52,593 nt of DNA from a virus (IMGVR_UViG_3300050119_000254:1-52593); one strand, 5' to 3'; positions 10,237 through 20,507 are shown, counted from the first letter of the stretch. Notes: generated by a model not told the origin, from the sequence alone. Numbers and translations: made by a program.

Positions 10237-10707
10237 ATGATTACGCAATTACACCTATTGGGCTCCCTTCATGGTCGGTTTACCGAATCGCGACTGACCG
10301 CGATGGGGTTTCAGAAGCCAGTGATCCGCCGCGCCATCACGATCGGGTTGATGGAGACCAGTGGGGGCATCGTATCTAGCATCCCTCCAAGATTGCGAGC
10401 GGCCAAGTTGAAATTCGCGGGCGTCAGTGAGGATATGGGAACGTCAGACCTTCAGCCCGGCGCCACCGTGCAACGGGTTGTTGATGGCGTCATTAAGACG
10501 TTTCAAGTCGTCCGGCAGGAAGGTGGCGACTTGGTGCTGATCGACCCTGAAAACACTGGAGCAGGAGAGCAGCGGTGCACCCGTTCTGACATCTCGCCAG
10601 TGATTTCTGATCCGAACGAACCTGGGGATCCACCGACGCCAGATAGCTCCAATCAACCTAAGACGGCATTATCCGACCCCAAGCCTGGCCGGATGCCATA
10701 CGCTTAA
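10237..10707 (+). CDS. hypothetical protein
   Basis: ORF in operon context. Confidence 0.6.
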   Translation: MITQLHLLGSLHGRFTESRLTAMGFQKPVIRRAITIGLMETSGGIVSSIPPRLRAAKLKFAGVSEDMGTSDLQPGATVQRVVDGVIKTFQVVRQEGGDLVLIDPENTGAGEQRCTRSDISPVISDPNEPGDPPTPDSSNQPKTALSDPKPGRMPYA

Positions 10708-10711
10708 TCCC

Positions 10712-10978
10712 ATGTTACCAGGAGATCAAATCATTCAAGCATCAGCCAGCTTCGGCGGGCGCGGGTTCTCAGCTATTTCGGACACCGACGTGCATGGGGG
10801 ATCATATTACGCAATCAAAGCGGTTGGCGGCGATGTGGTGATCGATTCCGCCGTGTTACCTGCCAACTGTGACGGCAGCATCGACGGATGGACAATCAGC
10901 AATGGCGACTGCATCCTGGCCCCAAGCATCGCTGACTTGCAACTGTCGAGCGGTAAGGCTTTAGCGTACAAGCTATGA
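10712..10978 (+). CDS. small putative virion protein
   Basis: 88 aa; ATGA-coupled to the downstream fibre-like gene. Confidence 0.55.
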   Translation: MLPGDQIIQASASFGGRGFSAISDTDVHGGSYYAIKAVGGDVVIDSAVLPANCDGSIDGWTISNGDCILAPSIADLQLSSGKALAYKL

Positions 10979-12666
10979 TAGGAATGGGTATAGGTGTGGG
11001 CTTTGGCGGTAAAGTGTCTTCTGCAGCGCCGCCGCCGACTAATCCAGTTTCCGGCTCAATACTTTACCAGCTTCCCGACGTTCTATCATCTGGATTGGTT
11101 TCCTCGTATCTAGATCAAAGCAGTAGCGGTAATACAGGCACGGCATCCGGCGGCCAGAGGCCAACGGCGAACCTTCTGGATCTCAATGGAAAGACGACCG
11201 TTTCTTTCAACGGCTCAAATTATCTCACCCTCACGGACGAAATAAATCTCACAGAGGGAACCGTTCATTGCTTCGTCAATACCCTCTCGTCGGAAGCCTC
11301 TGCGGTTTTTGGCTATGGAGGCGAGCCTGGACCTTACTGGTTTTTGTTGTTCATGACGGATGGGAATATTTATATCGGAAATGGTGTGACGCAGAACACA
11401 TGGCAATATACGGCTACGGGTGAATGGTTGATTGTGACTGTCGTTGCAACGACGACGCAGCAAAACATCTTCATCAACGGTGTGTATCTTGGACCGGGAA
11501 CTCAGGCATCTAACCCAATGGGCGGGATCGCAAGCATATTTGATATAGGTTACGGGAACACCAGATTCTTCACCGGGAAGATGGGAATCAACCTATTTTA
11601 CAATACCCCGCTTTCGAACGCTGATCGACAGACGAACGAAGCTTTCTATTCTGGATATTACGCGCAGACGCTAGGGAATCAATGCTTAGCTACAGGGAAC
11701 TCTCTCGTGTTTGGCGTCAATTCCACTGGCAATCAAAATTTCCCTGACATCGCCAGTATCGCGCTCGGTTCAAGCTGGGTTAAAATTGCCAACCTTGGAA
11801 TCGCTGGCGAGACGACTCCGCAGATGATCACTGCTGCCCCAACGACAATCGATCCATTTTCTAATACCACACTGAGAAACAATATTTGTCTCGCGTGGGA
11901 ACTTATTAACGACGCGGTGGCCAATGTAAGTCAACCCGATCAAGTAGCTAATGTTGTCGGGCACATGGTCACTTACGGCACAGCGCGAAAGGCTGCCGGG
12001 TTCAAGGTGATTGTCGGTACGATGCTCTCGCAGGGTTATAATACCAATGTCACGGACACGATTCGAGGTGAGATCAATGCCGGGATACTAGATCCCACTC
12101 AAATCGGAGTTGCATGGGACGATGTCGCAGATATGTCGTGGAACCCAAATGTTGGAGGCAATGGCGCGTGGGAGAATACGAACTACTTCAGTTCCGTGGA
12201 CAAGATCCACATGACGAACTACGGCTACCAGTGCGCGGCGGTAATCTGGGGTTACTACGTGTCGAAGAACGCGATTCTGCCAGCCGCGTCCGAAAAGACG
12301 CTCATCGACTTCAACGGGCTGACTGTGTCAAGCTTCACCACAGGAGCGGCGGGAGACGCGATTGTTTTGCTTTCAAACGCCAGTCAACACTACTTTTGGT
12401 TCCAGACGGGAACTGAGCATGATCCAGGACTCACGGGAACTGGCGTGGAAGTGAGTCTTGTCGGTCTGACGACCGCTGCGCAAATCGCAGGCGCGATGGC
12501 AGCCACCATTCAAGGGTCGCTTTCTGGGCAATGGGCGGCTACGAACGTCAATGGTTCGGGAACGTTGACAGCGGTGCAAACGATAGATGTTGGGACTGGA
12601 AGCCACAAGCCAGCTTTTGCTTACAATTTTGGACCCGTGGTTTCAATTCTCAAGTACGGGCATTAA
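10975..12666 (+). CDS. LamG/ConA-like plus SGNH hydrolase protein (putative virion appendage/esterase)
   Basis: SFNGSNYL..IFINGV..YNTPLS LamG pattern; SGNH blocks GNSL, NLGIAG, ELIND, DKIH. Confidence 0.75.
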   Translation: MIGMGIGVGFGGKVSSAAPPPTNPVSGSILYQLPDVLSSGLVSSYLDQSSSGNTGTASGGQRPTANLLDLNGKTTVSFNGSNYLTLTDEINLTEGTVHCFVNTLSSEASAVFGYGGEPGPYWFLLFMTDGNIYIGNGVTQNTWQYTATGEWLIVTVVATTTQQNIFINGVYLGPGTQASNPMGGIASIFDIGYGNTRFFTGKMGINLFYNTPLSNADRQTNEAFYSGYYAQTLGNQCLATGNSLVFGVNSTGNQNFPDIASIALGSSWVKIANLGIAGETTPQMITAAPTTIDPFSNTTLRNNICLAWELINDAVANVSQPDQVANVVGHMVTYGTARKAAGFKVIVGTMLSQGYNTNVTDTIRGEINAGILDPTQIGVAWDDVADMSWNPNVGGNGAWENTNYFSSVDKIHMTNYGYQCAAVIWGYYVSKNAILPAASEKTLIDFNGLTVSSFTTGAAGDAIVLLSNASQHYFWFQTGTEHDPGLTGTGVEVSLVGLTTAAQIAGAMAATIQGSLSGQWAATNVNGSGTLTAVQTIDVGTGSHKPAFAYNFGPVVSILKYGH

Positions 12667-12690
12667 ACGCGATGCGCTCTAGTTATCGGA

Positions 12691-13431
12691 ATGGCACTTC
12701 CGATTTCCACTTGCTACGAAGGCGACAATTATCAGTTTCTAGCTCGGACCAGGGCGTTCATCACGGCGCTACCCGACATTTTCGAGCGTCTGCATGATCT
12801 CGATTTGGATCATTCCTATCGTGGGATGCAGAAGCTGAGGTTTGTGGAGCAGCTGGAGCTCGGGGCCGGGACGACCCATTTTTATAATGCCAAGAAGGAT
12901 ATGTTGTCAGTGTTCCCGATGGCGTTTAGCGCCGGTGGGCGGATCGATCTTACCCTCTACGAAGGGCTGGGACAGCGCCATTGGCAGACCGGGATGTCGT
13001 CGGCCCACAAGGTGACGTGGGCGAGGTGTCTGGTTAAGGCCGACCAGCACGTCGTGGACCGGATTGATGAAGCGCTCGCCAGCGCTGATGACGGTCAGTT
13101 TCTCGACATCGTCGGTCTCTTCCACTCGGCGACCGAGAAGCTGCAGGCCATCCATATCGTCAACGCGATGGTGCGCAACTCGATGTCGATCACCCAGTTC
13201 GCCAACATGAGCGTGCGTGACTACCCGGCCACCAAAGATTTCTGCGCTGGCGACCGGCCCTACTCACTGATCCCACTGCTGAGCGCTTACGCAGCCCGTT
13301 GCGTCCGCCGGTATCCGGAAGCCTTCGCTCAGTATTGTGCGCGCTCAGGCCACCTTCCAGTTTCCGAGACGTCAACGGAGGCCGCGTTCGTGAGGCTGTT
13401 CAAATCGGTGACGCTGAGCGACCATGCGTAA
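12691..13431 (+). CDS. hypothetical protein
   Basis: 246 aa ORF; CTAGTTA 5 nt before ATG. Confidence 0.65.
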   Translation: MALPISTCYEGDNYQFLARTRAFITALPDIFERLHDLDLDHSYRGMQKLRFVEQLELGAGTTHFYNAKKDMLSVFPMAFSAGGRIDLTLYEGLGQRHWQTGMSSAHKVTWARCLVKADQHVVDRIDEALASADDGQFLDIVGLFHSATEKLQAIHIVNAMVRNSMSITQFANMSVRDYPATKDFCAGDRPYSLIPLLSAYAARCVRRYPEAFAQYCARSGHLPVSETSTEAAFVRLFKSVTLSDHA

Positions 13432-14434
13432 GCTGAGATGGCGAAAGAACAGTAACGGTGGACTATGGACTGATTGGGCAACGGACAGATATCGTCGAAC
13501 CACAGAGTCCGATTACATATTTGTCATATCGAGAGACAACGCGGGGTGGTTGTGGCGTTGTTACAACGTTGTTGACGATACCATATTTTTCGGTACGGTG
13601 ACGATGCGCATTGCAGCGATCGAACAAGGCGAGAAGATGGCCGCACAGACGATTGGAGACAGCGATCAAGACCTCCCTGAGTCGCTGTTGGAAGCCAACG
13701 AATATCACGACGCTAGTGACCCCAAGTCGTTGACGCGCGCCACGGTTGGGTACGGTAACCGTCTTTTCAAGATCGAGCTCGGAATATATGGTAATGAGTT
13801 TCTGGTGGCGGGAGACTGTGCTGGTGATGCGATGGATGCGCTAATTGACTGGCTGGATGGTCATAACTCTCCGTGGGTGATGACGCCAGAACAAGAGGCA
13901 TCGCTCGATGACTGTGAGGGTGAGCACTATCTCAGTGGTGGTAATTACGGGAAACACTTGGATTGCGGTGCTGAGGAAGTATGGATTACACAGGTCCCGG
14001 CTAAGGATGCTTTCCTGACCCGTGAGGAACAGCGCGCGATCGCAAGGGCGAAAGCTGCGGAGCTCGATCTCCCAGAGTCATCGAAATGGTCCAAAAACTG
14101 GCTGTTCGATCTTGTCTATCGCAGCCTCGATGGCGTTAATCGAGAGTTATTAGCTGCTCGAATATCCGAGCAAGCTAAGTGGATCATTATTGCCGGGAAA
14201 GTGACAGGTAAAGGTTCCTTGCAAAACACAGTGGATCGAGACATTGGTTACCAACGAGCGGCTGAATGGGCGGGCCGCGATTGGGGTCGCATCATTACTA
14301 GGCTACAAGGATTGCGTGACGGTCGCAATTATCGTCCGGTCAGAATCGACCTCACGCCCGGTGTGGACTGGATGTCGGGAGGCCCGCAAGACCTTCCGGA
14401 ATCATTAGCTGACCAACTATTGGGGGCCAAATGA
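13424..14434 (+). CDS. three-module DLPES polyprotein with DLPESLADQLLG tail
   Basis: DLPES at 13670, 14066, 14390. Confidence 0.75.
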   Translation: MRKLRWRKNSNGGLWTDWATDRYRRTTESDYIFVISRDNAGWLWRCYNVVDDTIFFGTVTMRIAAIEQGEKMAAQTIGDSDQDLPESLLEANEYHDASDPKSLTRATVGYGNRLFKIELGIYGNEFLVAGDCAGDAMDALIDWLDGHNSPWVMTPEQEASLDDCEGEHYLSGGNYGKHLDCGAEEVWITQVPAKDAFLTREEQRAIARAKAAELDLPESSKWSKNWLFDLVYRSLDGVNRELLAARISEQAKWIIIAGKVTGKGSLQNTVDRDIGYQRAAEWAGRDWGRIITRLQGLRDGRNYRPVRIDLTPGVDWMSGGPQDLPESLADQLLGAK

Positions 14435-14778
14435 GCAGCGCCATCATCAGATTCCTGACGCAAAGGTCATCCATCCAGACCCGCAACCACCGCGACATCC
14501 TGGACCTGACCGGCACAGTGCCGCCGTCTACTCCACCGCCTCCGGGACCGCGACAGGTGTTGCTCACTCATTCACCGGGTCAGATCGACGTTCGAATCCT
14601 CTATCCGGACGGCCAATCTGAGATGATGTACCATGGTCCGGACCTGTTCCTGAAGCTCACCCAGAGAGGCTTACCTGCTTACAAGCTGGAGCGAGTCATC
14701 GATCATCTTTGGAACTTTTATCAAGTTTATGTGGACTGTGACGAGGAGCCGAGGCCACCAAAAATTCAGCTCGAATGA
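14431..14778 (+). CDS. hypothetical protein
   Basis: ATGA-coupled ORF. Confidence 0.65.
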   Translation: MSSAIIRFLTQRSSIQTRNHRDILDLTGTVPPSTPPPPGPRQVLLTHSPGQIDVRILYPDGQSEMMYHGPDLFLKLTQRGLPAYKLERVIDHLWNFYQVYVDCDEEPRPPKIQLE

Positions 14779-16043
14779 GAAACTGGCAAATCAACAGATT
14801 TGGTGAGTGGAAGTATCATTCGTCGAGCGGCATCCATCGCCAGTACCATGTTCACATATGGCGCGAAAAACAGTGGGTGTGGGAGGCGTCCCACAAAGTC
14901 GATAATTGTCACCATGTGATTGGTAGAGGACATTCAACTAACGTTGAGCTGGCTGCCCAAGAGGCTGAGAAATCGATCCGGACGCACGCTGCCACGCTTC
15001 AAGTGGATCAGGATCTTCCGGAATCTATGGGCGGTGAGGTGGTTCTTAAACCCGGTGACGTTATCTTGGTGCGAGGGATCTCCAGAACATATCGCGAGGT
15101 AGTCGATCATTGCGCCCATGATTTGGGAACCGTATACGCGCGCTGCACCGGGATAAGGGACCCTCGGTTACATGGTGGAGCATGGCCAATAAGCCAAGTG
15201 ATCGCTGTCAAGATCGACGGTCAGATGCGGCCCGTTAAATATGACGAAGATACTAGTAAGTTTTGGTGGATCGACAACGATCTTCCGGAGTCCACAACGT
15301 CATTGAATTGGAAGGAAGACCCAGATGGCGCGTGGAGCGCTCGCCTTGGCACCAAATACGAGGCAGCTATCAGGAAGAAATCTGACAAATGGGTGTGGGA
15401 TGTGACCTACAATCTTGGAATGTTTAGCTGTGAGCAATGTGGATACGGGGCGGAAGACACTATTGAACAAGCCAAGATGAAAGCTGCTGATACGATTCGC
15501 GGTGAAATTTCAAGCCGCCGCAGTGTCAGTCAAGATCTTCCAGAGTCCGCGCCGGAATGGGTGGACATGACCATCACCTCCCTGAACGTTGACGCTGACG
15601 GTAAATATCTTGGATTTTATCGAGGCGAGTTTACGTGGCCGCGTAATATTGGCAATCTGATCATTAAGGTCCCATCGATAACGTTTGACGGAGACATTTG
15701 GGTGGAGGGTGACATCGTGGCGGATGGTGACGTCAATGTGGCGGATAATGAGATCTCGGCAGGCGGCAACATCCTAGTGAAGGGCGACATCGTGGCGGGC
15801 GGCATCATAGCGAACGGCAACGTCTGGGCGAACGGCAAAATCGTAGTGGATGGTGGTAACATCAGCGTGGGAAAGGGAGGTAGCGTCCGATCACCACACA
15901 TCACGGCGTTACGCGTTTATACAAATTATGACCGACACGACGTCGTTGATGGTCAGATCGTGCGGAGATCTGGCGCTAGGACTGGACAAAAGTCTAGGGG
16001 CCAAGATCTTCCGGAATCATTGGCTGACCGGTTGCTCGGTTAA
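14775..16043 (+). CDS. four-module DLPES polyprotein (two Trp-rich, one SH3-like, one bactofilin-like beta-helix) with DLPESLADRLLG tail
   Basis: DLPES x4; GDI.V.G repeats in the last module. Confidence 0.75.
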   Translation: MRNWQINRFGEWKYHSSSGIHRQYHVHIWREKQWVWEASHKVDNCHHVIGRGHSTNVELAAQEAEKSIRTHAATLQVDQDLPESMGGEVVLKPGDVILVRGISRTYREVVDHCAHDLGTVYARCTGIRDPRLHGGAWPISQVIAVKIDGQMRPVKYDEDTSKFWWIDNDLPESTTSLNWKEDPDGAWSARLGTKYEAAIRKKSDKWVWDVTYNLGMFSCEQCGYGAEDTIEQAKMKAADTIRGEISSRRSVSQDLPESAPEWVDMTITSLNVDADGKYLGFYRGEFTWPRNIGNLIIKVPSITFDGDIWVEGDIVADGDVNVADNEISAGGNILVKGDIVAGGIIANGNVWANGKIVVDGGNISVGKGGSVRSPHITALRVYTNYDRHDVVDGQIVRRSGARTGQKSRGQDLPESLADRLLG

Positions 16044-16105
16044 CGGTCAATCGCCGTCGCTTTAGGTTGCCATTGTATTATGGTCGCTTTGCCACAGCTT
16101 TGCCA

Positions 16106-16112
16106 CTAAATA
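16106..16112 (+). promoter_or_regulatory. putative late promoter CTAAATA
   Basis: 7 nt upstream of the prohead protease ATG; resembles the T4 late promoter TATAAATA. Confidence 0.5.
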
Positions 16113-16119
16113 TCGAGGC

Positions 16120-18054
16120 ATGAAACCAGCAAAGCCTGCAGGATGGCAACCGTTGATTGAAGAGAAAATTTTTCGCCCCATTGGGGAGCCCGTGTTGGTG
16201 GAGTCCGCCGAGCTAGGTCGCAAGGTCTTGCGGCAGCATGGCGTCATCCAATCGTACACCCAGCGCAACCAGAATGGTCGGCTCTATCCGAAGAAGCTTT
16301 GGGAGGCGCTATTCAAGCCGGACAGCGACTTCATGGAACGGCTCCAGAGTCGCGCCATGGTCGGGCTTCTGGAGCATCCGGAGGACGGGATCACCAGGCT
16401 CGACCGAAGTCCTAGCCATCTGATGACGGAAGTCCATTTTGCCTCGCCCAAGGAGATCACGGAATCCCGCAAGTCCGACCCCAAGCACCCGTTGGAGGAA
16501 GGCGACATCATTGGGACGCTCGAAGTGATCGAAGGGACCCGTAACGGCGATGAGCTCAAGGCGCTCATCGAAGCCAAGGTTCAAATCGGCGTCAGTTCAC
16601 GAGGCGGCGGAACGCTCAAGGAGGATGGGGAGGGCCACACCGTCAACGAGGATTATGAATGCGAGACCTGGGACGTCGTGCAGTCGCCATCCGTCAGCCG
16701 CGCCATCCCGCGCAAGACCGAGGTCACTCATGAATCGGCTCCGGTCCCTCCCGTCCCACCAGTCGTGGAAGCTGTTCCGCCAACTCCTGCCCCGGTCGTG
16801 GAGTCCAAGGTTCCGGTCGCTCCAGTGGTCAAGCTTTTCTGCGAGAACGGCGCCGTCCGTTACGAGATCGTCGAGGATGCCACCGGCTCCCATGTCTACG
16901 ACCGCAAGGATGAGAAAAATCTTCACGACTGCGCCACTCCGGAACTGGCTCACCAATGGGTCATGGAAAACCTTAAGGCATCCGCTCCCGCCCAAGCATT
17001 ACCGCTCGCGCCTGTCGTCAAGCCTTCCACGCCAGCTCCCTCGGTTCCACTTCAAGAATCAACCAACACCACTATTATGTCACATCGCGATAAGCTCCGC
17101 ACCCTCGACCTGGACGTCACCCGTCTCACTTCCACGCCCGTCAAGGGTTTGAAGCCATCGGCCAAGTCGTCCATGTTCGAATCTATCACCAGCCTCCGCG
17201 TCGAGATCGCGGGCGTCCTCAAGGAGGACTCGACCCTGCAGCCGATCGCCGACAAGCAGCTCAAAAGGCTCACCGAATACGAGGACGAGCTCGATGCCGA
17301 GCCGATTCCGGAGGGGCCTGTCTCCCACGAGGGTGACGGCGACTTCGAGGACTTTGATCACGCCGACGAAGGTGGTGGTGACGACGATGTGATGTGCCGG
17401 GCCGCCGCCAAGCTTCGGACCCTCGGTGACGAGGGGGATGAGGAAGCTGCCGGATTGGCCGATGAACTCGATGCCGTGTGCGGTGATGGTGATGAACCGC
17501 CCATGGATGACGTCCCACCGCCCGCCCCTGAGGGCGACGCTCCTCCGATGGAGTCGAAGCTCCGCAGCTTCATCAAGAGGATGAAGGGCAAGTACGTCAA
17601 GCTTGAGAGCGCTCATCGCCGCCTGACCGCCGCGACCGCCACGCTGTTGGAGCGCTACCGGACCGTCAAGAAGCACCTCACTGAGAACGGTGGGGGGCGT
17701 CCCGCCGACCAGCAGTCGATCGAGGAATATGAGAATGCTGCCCGCGACATTGCGGACCGCTATAACCGCCATATGATCGAGATGGGCAAACTGCTCATGC
17801 AGGCCAAGCAGCCTGGACTCTATGAGGCCAATGAGGACCGCTTCAAGCGCGTCCGCACCTGGAAGCAGTTCGGCGAGGTCTCCCAGCAGGTCGTGGCCAA
17901 GCGTCCGCTTCGCGAGGGCGTCCAGCCTCCGGTCAAGAAGCCAGCATCGAGCTCCTCCACCAATCCGCCGCCCGATCCGCCTCTCACGGAAACCGTCCAC
18001 CCGTCCGTCATGATGGCAACGCGCGCCCGCCACCGGTCCACCATTACGGGATAA
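16120..18054 (+). CDS. prohead protease (T4 gp21-like) fused to an acidic/coiled scaffold region
   Basis: NQNGRLYP, GLLEHP, GVSSRGGG, WDVVQSPS motifs; directly upstream of the capsid gene. Confidence 0.9.
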   Translation: MKPAKPAGWQPLIEEKIFRPIGEPVLVESAELGRKVLRQHGVIQSYTQRNQNGRLYPKKLWEALFKPDSDFMERLQSRAMVGLLEHPEDGITRLDRSPSHLMTEVHFASPKEITESRKSDPKHPLEEGDIIGTLEVIEGTRNGDELKALIEAKVQIGVSSRGGGTLKEDGEGHTVNEDYECETWDVVQSPSVSRAIPRKTEVTHESAPVPPVPPVVEAVPPTPAPVVESKVPVAPVVKLFCENGAVRYEIVEDATGSHVYDRKDEKNLHDCATPELAHQWVMENLKASAPAQALPLAPVVKPSTPAPSVPLQESTNTTIMSHRDKLRTLDLDVTRLTSTPVKGLKPSAKSSMFESITSLRVEIAGVLKEDSTLQPIADKQLKRLTEYEDELDAEPIPEGPVSHEGDGDFEDFDHADEGGGDDDVMCRAAAKLRTLGDEGDEEAAGLADELDAVCGDGDEPPMDDVPPPAPEGDAPPMESKLRSFIKRMKGKYVKLESAHRRLTAATATLLERYRTVKKHLTENGGGRPADQQSIEEYENAARDIADRYNRHMIEMGKLLMQAKQPGLYEANEDRFKRVRTWKQFGEVSQQVVAKRPLREGVQPPVKKPASSSSTNPPPDPPLTETVHPSVMMATRARHRSTITG

Positions 18055-18102
18055 ACCATCGGACCACCTACTCACCACCAACCACCTCTCACCATCAAGC
18101 AT

Positions 18103-19563
18103 ATGAACGGAATCTCCTCAAATCAACTCGCCGAAACCTTCGTCCGGGGCACTCGGCTGGCCGAAACCAGCATGGGCATCGGCGTCAAGGATAGTCTCAT
18201 CGAGGCCAAGGGCTGGAAGGAGATGGTGGCCGGGATCAAGGACGACAAGAAGCGGGCTCTCTGCGCCATCATGTTGGAGAACTACCGCAAGTACCGCAAA
18301 GGGCTTGATGAGGCGACCAGCACCCTGCAGGTCGGCAACTTCGATAAATGGGCGTTCCCGATCATCTCGATCGTCAGTGAGAACCTGATCGCTCAGGACC
18401 TGGTCAGCGTTCAACCGCTGGAGGGTCCCTCAGGATTGGTGTTCTTCATGAACTTCACGGCGGGCCAGTCCAAGGGCAACGTCCAACGCGGCGCCAAGAT
18501 CTGGGATGCCCGCACCGGCCATGCGGAGCGCTTCCTCGACAGCAGCGACCGGGTTCCCAATGAGCCAATTGTGTGCACGACTGGAGACCTGAGCAGTGGA
18601 GCGGCGATCAGCCTCGCCTATGCGCCAGTGGTTCCCGGCACGGTCTCGGTCGCCATCGGCACGTCAGTCCTGCGCGATGATGGAAACGGCAACCTGGTCG
18701 TGGTCTCAGGGCCAGCAGGCGGCGCCGGAATTGACGTGGGCGACATCGACTACCCGACCGGGTTGATCAGCTTCACGACCGCTGAGAACACGGCCACGGT
18801 CGCCGAGTTCAGCTACAATTACAATCCCGAGCTCAACCCCGAGGCCCAGCAGGTCGACTTTGAGATTCAGTCCAGCCCCATCTACGCTCAGGAACGGAAA
18901 CTGCGCGGGCGCTGGTCCACTGAGGCCGCTCAGGCCCTGGAAGCGCTTCACCAGATCAACGCCGAGGACGTAGTCTCAACCGCGATCACCAACCATCTGC
19001 AATGGGAAATCGACCGCGAGATCATCGAGGACCTCCGCAGGCAGGCCGGAGCCGGTCTGGTCCGTTGGTCCGCCCAGATCCCGGCGACCAGTTACATTTC
19101 GTACACCGAGCACAAACTGTCGTTCATCGACGCATTGGTGACCGGAAGTAACTTCATCTACCGGGCGACCAACCGGGCAAAGGCTAACTGGGTCCTGGCG
19201 GGCATGCAAGCGACCAACATCCTGGAGACCCTTCCCCAGTTCGAGCCCCATGGTGGCGCCGATACCGAAGTGGAGGGCGTGAGCATGCTCGGCACGATCG
19301 GTCGCACCAAGGTCTACAGCGATCCTCACTACAATGTCGACGAGGCCCTGATGGGATACAAGGGCAACGACTTCGTTCGCACCGGCTACATCTTCGCGCC
19401 TTGGATCTTGCTCTACTCCACGATGCTCATCACACTGGATGACTTCATCGCCCGCAAGGGGTTTGCTAGTCAGTACGGGAAGAAGCTCGTCAATTCGAAG
19501 TTCTATTGCAAATTGCAACTCAGCGGTTTCTCGGCGGAGTTTGGCAGCCTCGCCGGTACGTAA
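18103..19563 (+). CDS. major capsid protein (T4 gp23-like)
   Basis: LIAQDLVSVQPLEGPSGLVF, RKLRGRWSTEAAQAL, EIDREII, GYIFAPW. Confidence 0.95.
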   Translation: MNGISSNQLAETFVRGTRLAETSMGIGVKDSLIEAKGWKEMVAGIKDDKKRALCAIMLENYRKYRKGLDEATSTLQVGNFDKWAFPIISIVSENLIAQDLVSVQPLEGPSGLVFFMNFTAGQSKGNVQRGAKIWDARTGHAERFLDSSDRVPNEPIVCTTGDLSSGAAISLAYAPVVPGTVSVAIGTSVLRDDGNGNLVVVSGPAGGAGIDVGDIDYPTGLISFTTAENTATVAEFSYNYNPELNPEAQQVDFEIQSSPIYAQERKLRGRWSTEAAQALEALHQINAEDVVSTAITNHLQWEIDREIIEDLRRQAGAGLVRWSAQIPATSYISYTEHKLSFIDALVTGSNFIYRATNRAKANWVLAGMQATNILETLPQFEPHGGADTEVEGVSMLGTIGRTKVYSDPHYNVDEALMGYKGNDFVRTGYIFAPWILLYSTMLITLDDFIARKGFASQYGKKLVNSKFYCKLQLSGFSAEFGSLAGT

Positions 19564-19589
19564 GCAATCGTCTCCGGTATTTCCATCAC

Positions 19590-19621
19590 GGTCGGGCCGA
19601 CTCGCAAGGGTCGGCCCGACC
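19590..19621. terminator. GC-rich hairpin between convergent genes
   Basis: GGTCGGGCCGACTC-GCAA-GGGTCGGCCCGACC; no clear U-tract. Confidence 0.65.
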
Positions 19622-19625
19622 TGTA

Positions 19626-20507
19626 TCAGCTAATCCGTAGTGGATATGGCAGTGGCTTGGTTAGATCCAATTGATGGATGCAAACTCCGTGCACATGCTT
19701 ACTATGATTACAGTTGGCACATAGACATTGGAACAGTCCGGCGTCGTTGCCATCTCGCGCAATCGTTCGATACAACTTACCGCCCCGTAATCCGTTCTCG
19801 CTACGCCCTTCGCCGAATATATGATCGACGTTCAATCGTGTGAATCCGTCTTCCCCACAACACACGCATTTATTTCCAAGTGCAGCGAGTGCAGCCACTC
19901 TGGATATGCGATAGTCTTTGTGCACTCCCTTACCAACCCACTCTAGCGTAATGAGTTTGTGTTGCTGACAATTGCGACACATCGTTTGGAGATTATCGGG
20001 GAAACCGGACTTCACTAACATGTGATAATTGTTGCCGCTAAATCGGCGACCGTTGGTACGTGCTTTTCGCTCTATTGCGCCATCGCTGTCGATATGATCG
20101 AGCGTTAAGAATTCCACCGGTAAAACCTTATCGCAACCAACACAGGTGCGACCATAATGATCAAACACTGTGGATATATGCAGTTCGCGCCGCGCCCGTA
20201 CGCACTTTCGTTGTGCGGCTAATTGTCTTTGGTGCCGTTCTTCCTTTGTTAGTTTGGGAGGCAGTGGATGTAACAACCGATAAGTAGCATGTCGAGCCTT
20301 CTCGGCAGCCAAACGTTGCTCTCGGTGCTCCTGATAGTATTTCCCTTGCGTCGCTTGCTTCTTGGCCTTTACCTCTGGCTTAGCGCCTTGCTTGCGAGCG
20401 GACTCACGGCGAGCTACAGGGTTGGCAGCATAACGGGCACGGGCCTGAGCCTTGATCGTCTCATGGTGCTCGGCGCGATACTGACGCATATATTCGGCTG
20501 TTGCCAT
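19626..20507 (-). CDS. HNH-type homing endonuclease (two HNH units)
   Basis: CVGC..LTLDHI..QTMCRNC and CVCC..NVDHI..QCLCANCN. Confidence 0.85.
   Translation of the reverse strand: MATAEYMRQYRAEHHETIKAQARARYAANPVARRESARKQGAKPEVKAKKQATQGKYYQEHREQRLAAEKARHATYRLLHPLPPKLTKEERHQRQLAAQRKCVRARRELHISTVFDHYGRTCVGCDKVLPVEFLTLDHIDSDGAIERKARTNGRRFSGNNYHMLVKSGFPDNLQTMCRNCQQHKLITLEWVGKGVHKDYRISRVAALAALGNKCVCCGEDGFTRLNVDHIFGEGRSENGLRGGKLYRTIARDGNDAGLFQCLCANCNHSKHVHGVCIHQLDLTKPLPYPLRIS

Noticed and set aside
3927-16019. GATCTTCCGGA(G/A)TC repeats as a CRISPR array or DNA-level repeat element
   Set aside because: Spacing is irregular and long, copies are always in frame as DLPES, and variation is synonymous; this is a peptide motif.
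17080-18102. Long antisense ORFs (e.g. 17080-18102, 41496-42524, 8115-8930)
   Set aside because: These are shadows of strongly codon-biased genes on the opposite strand and have no recognisable motifs.
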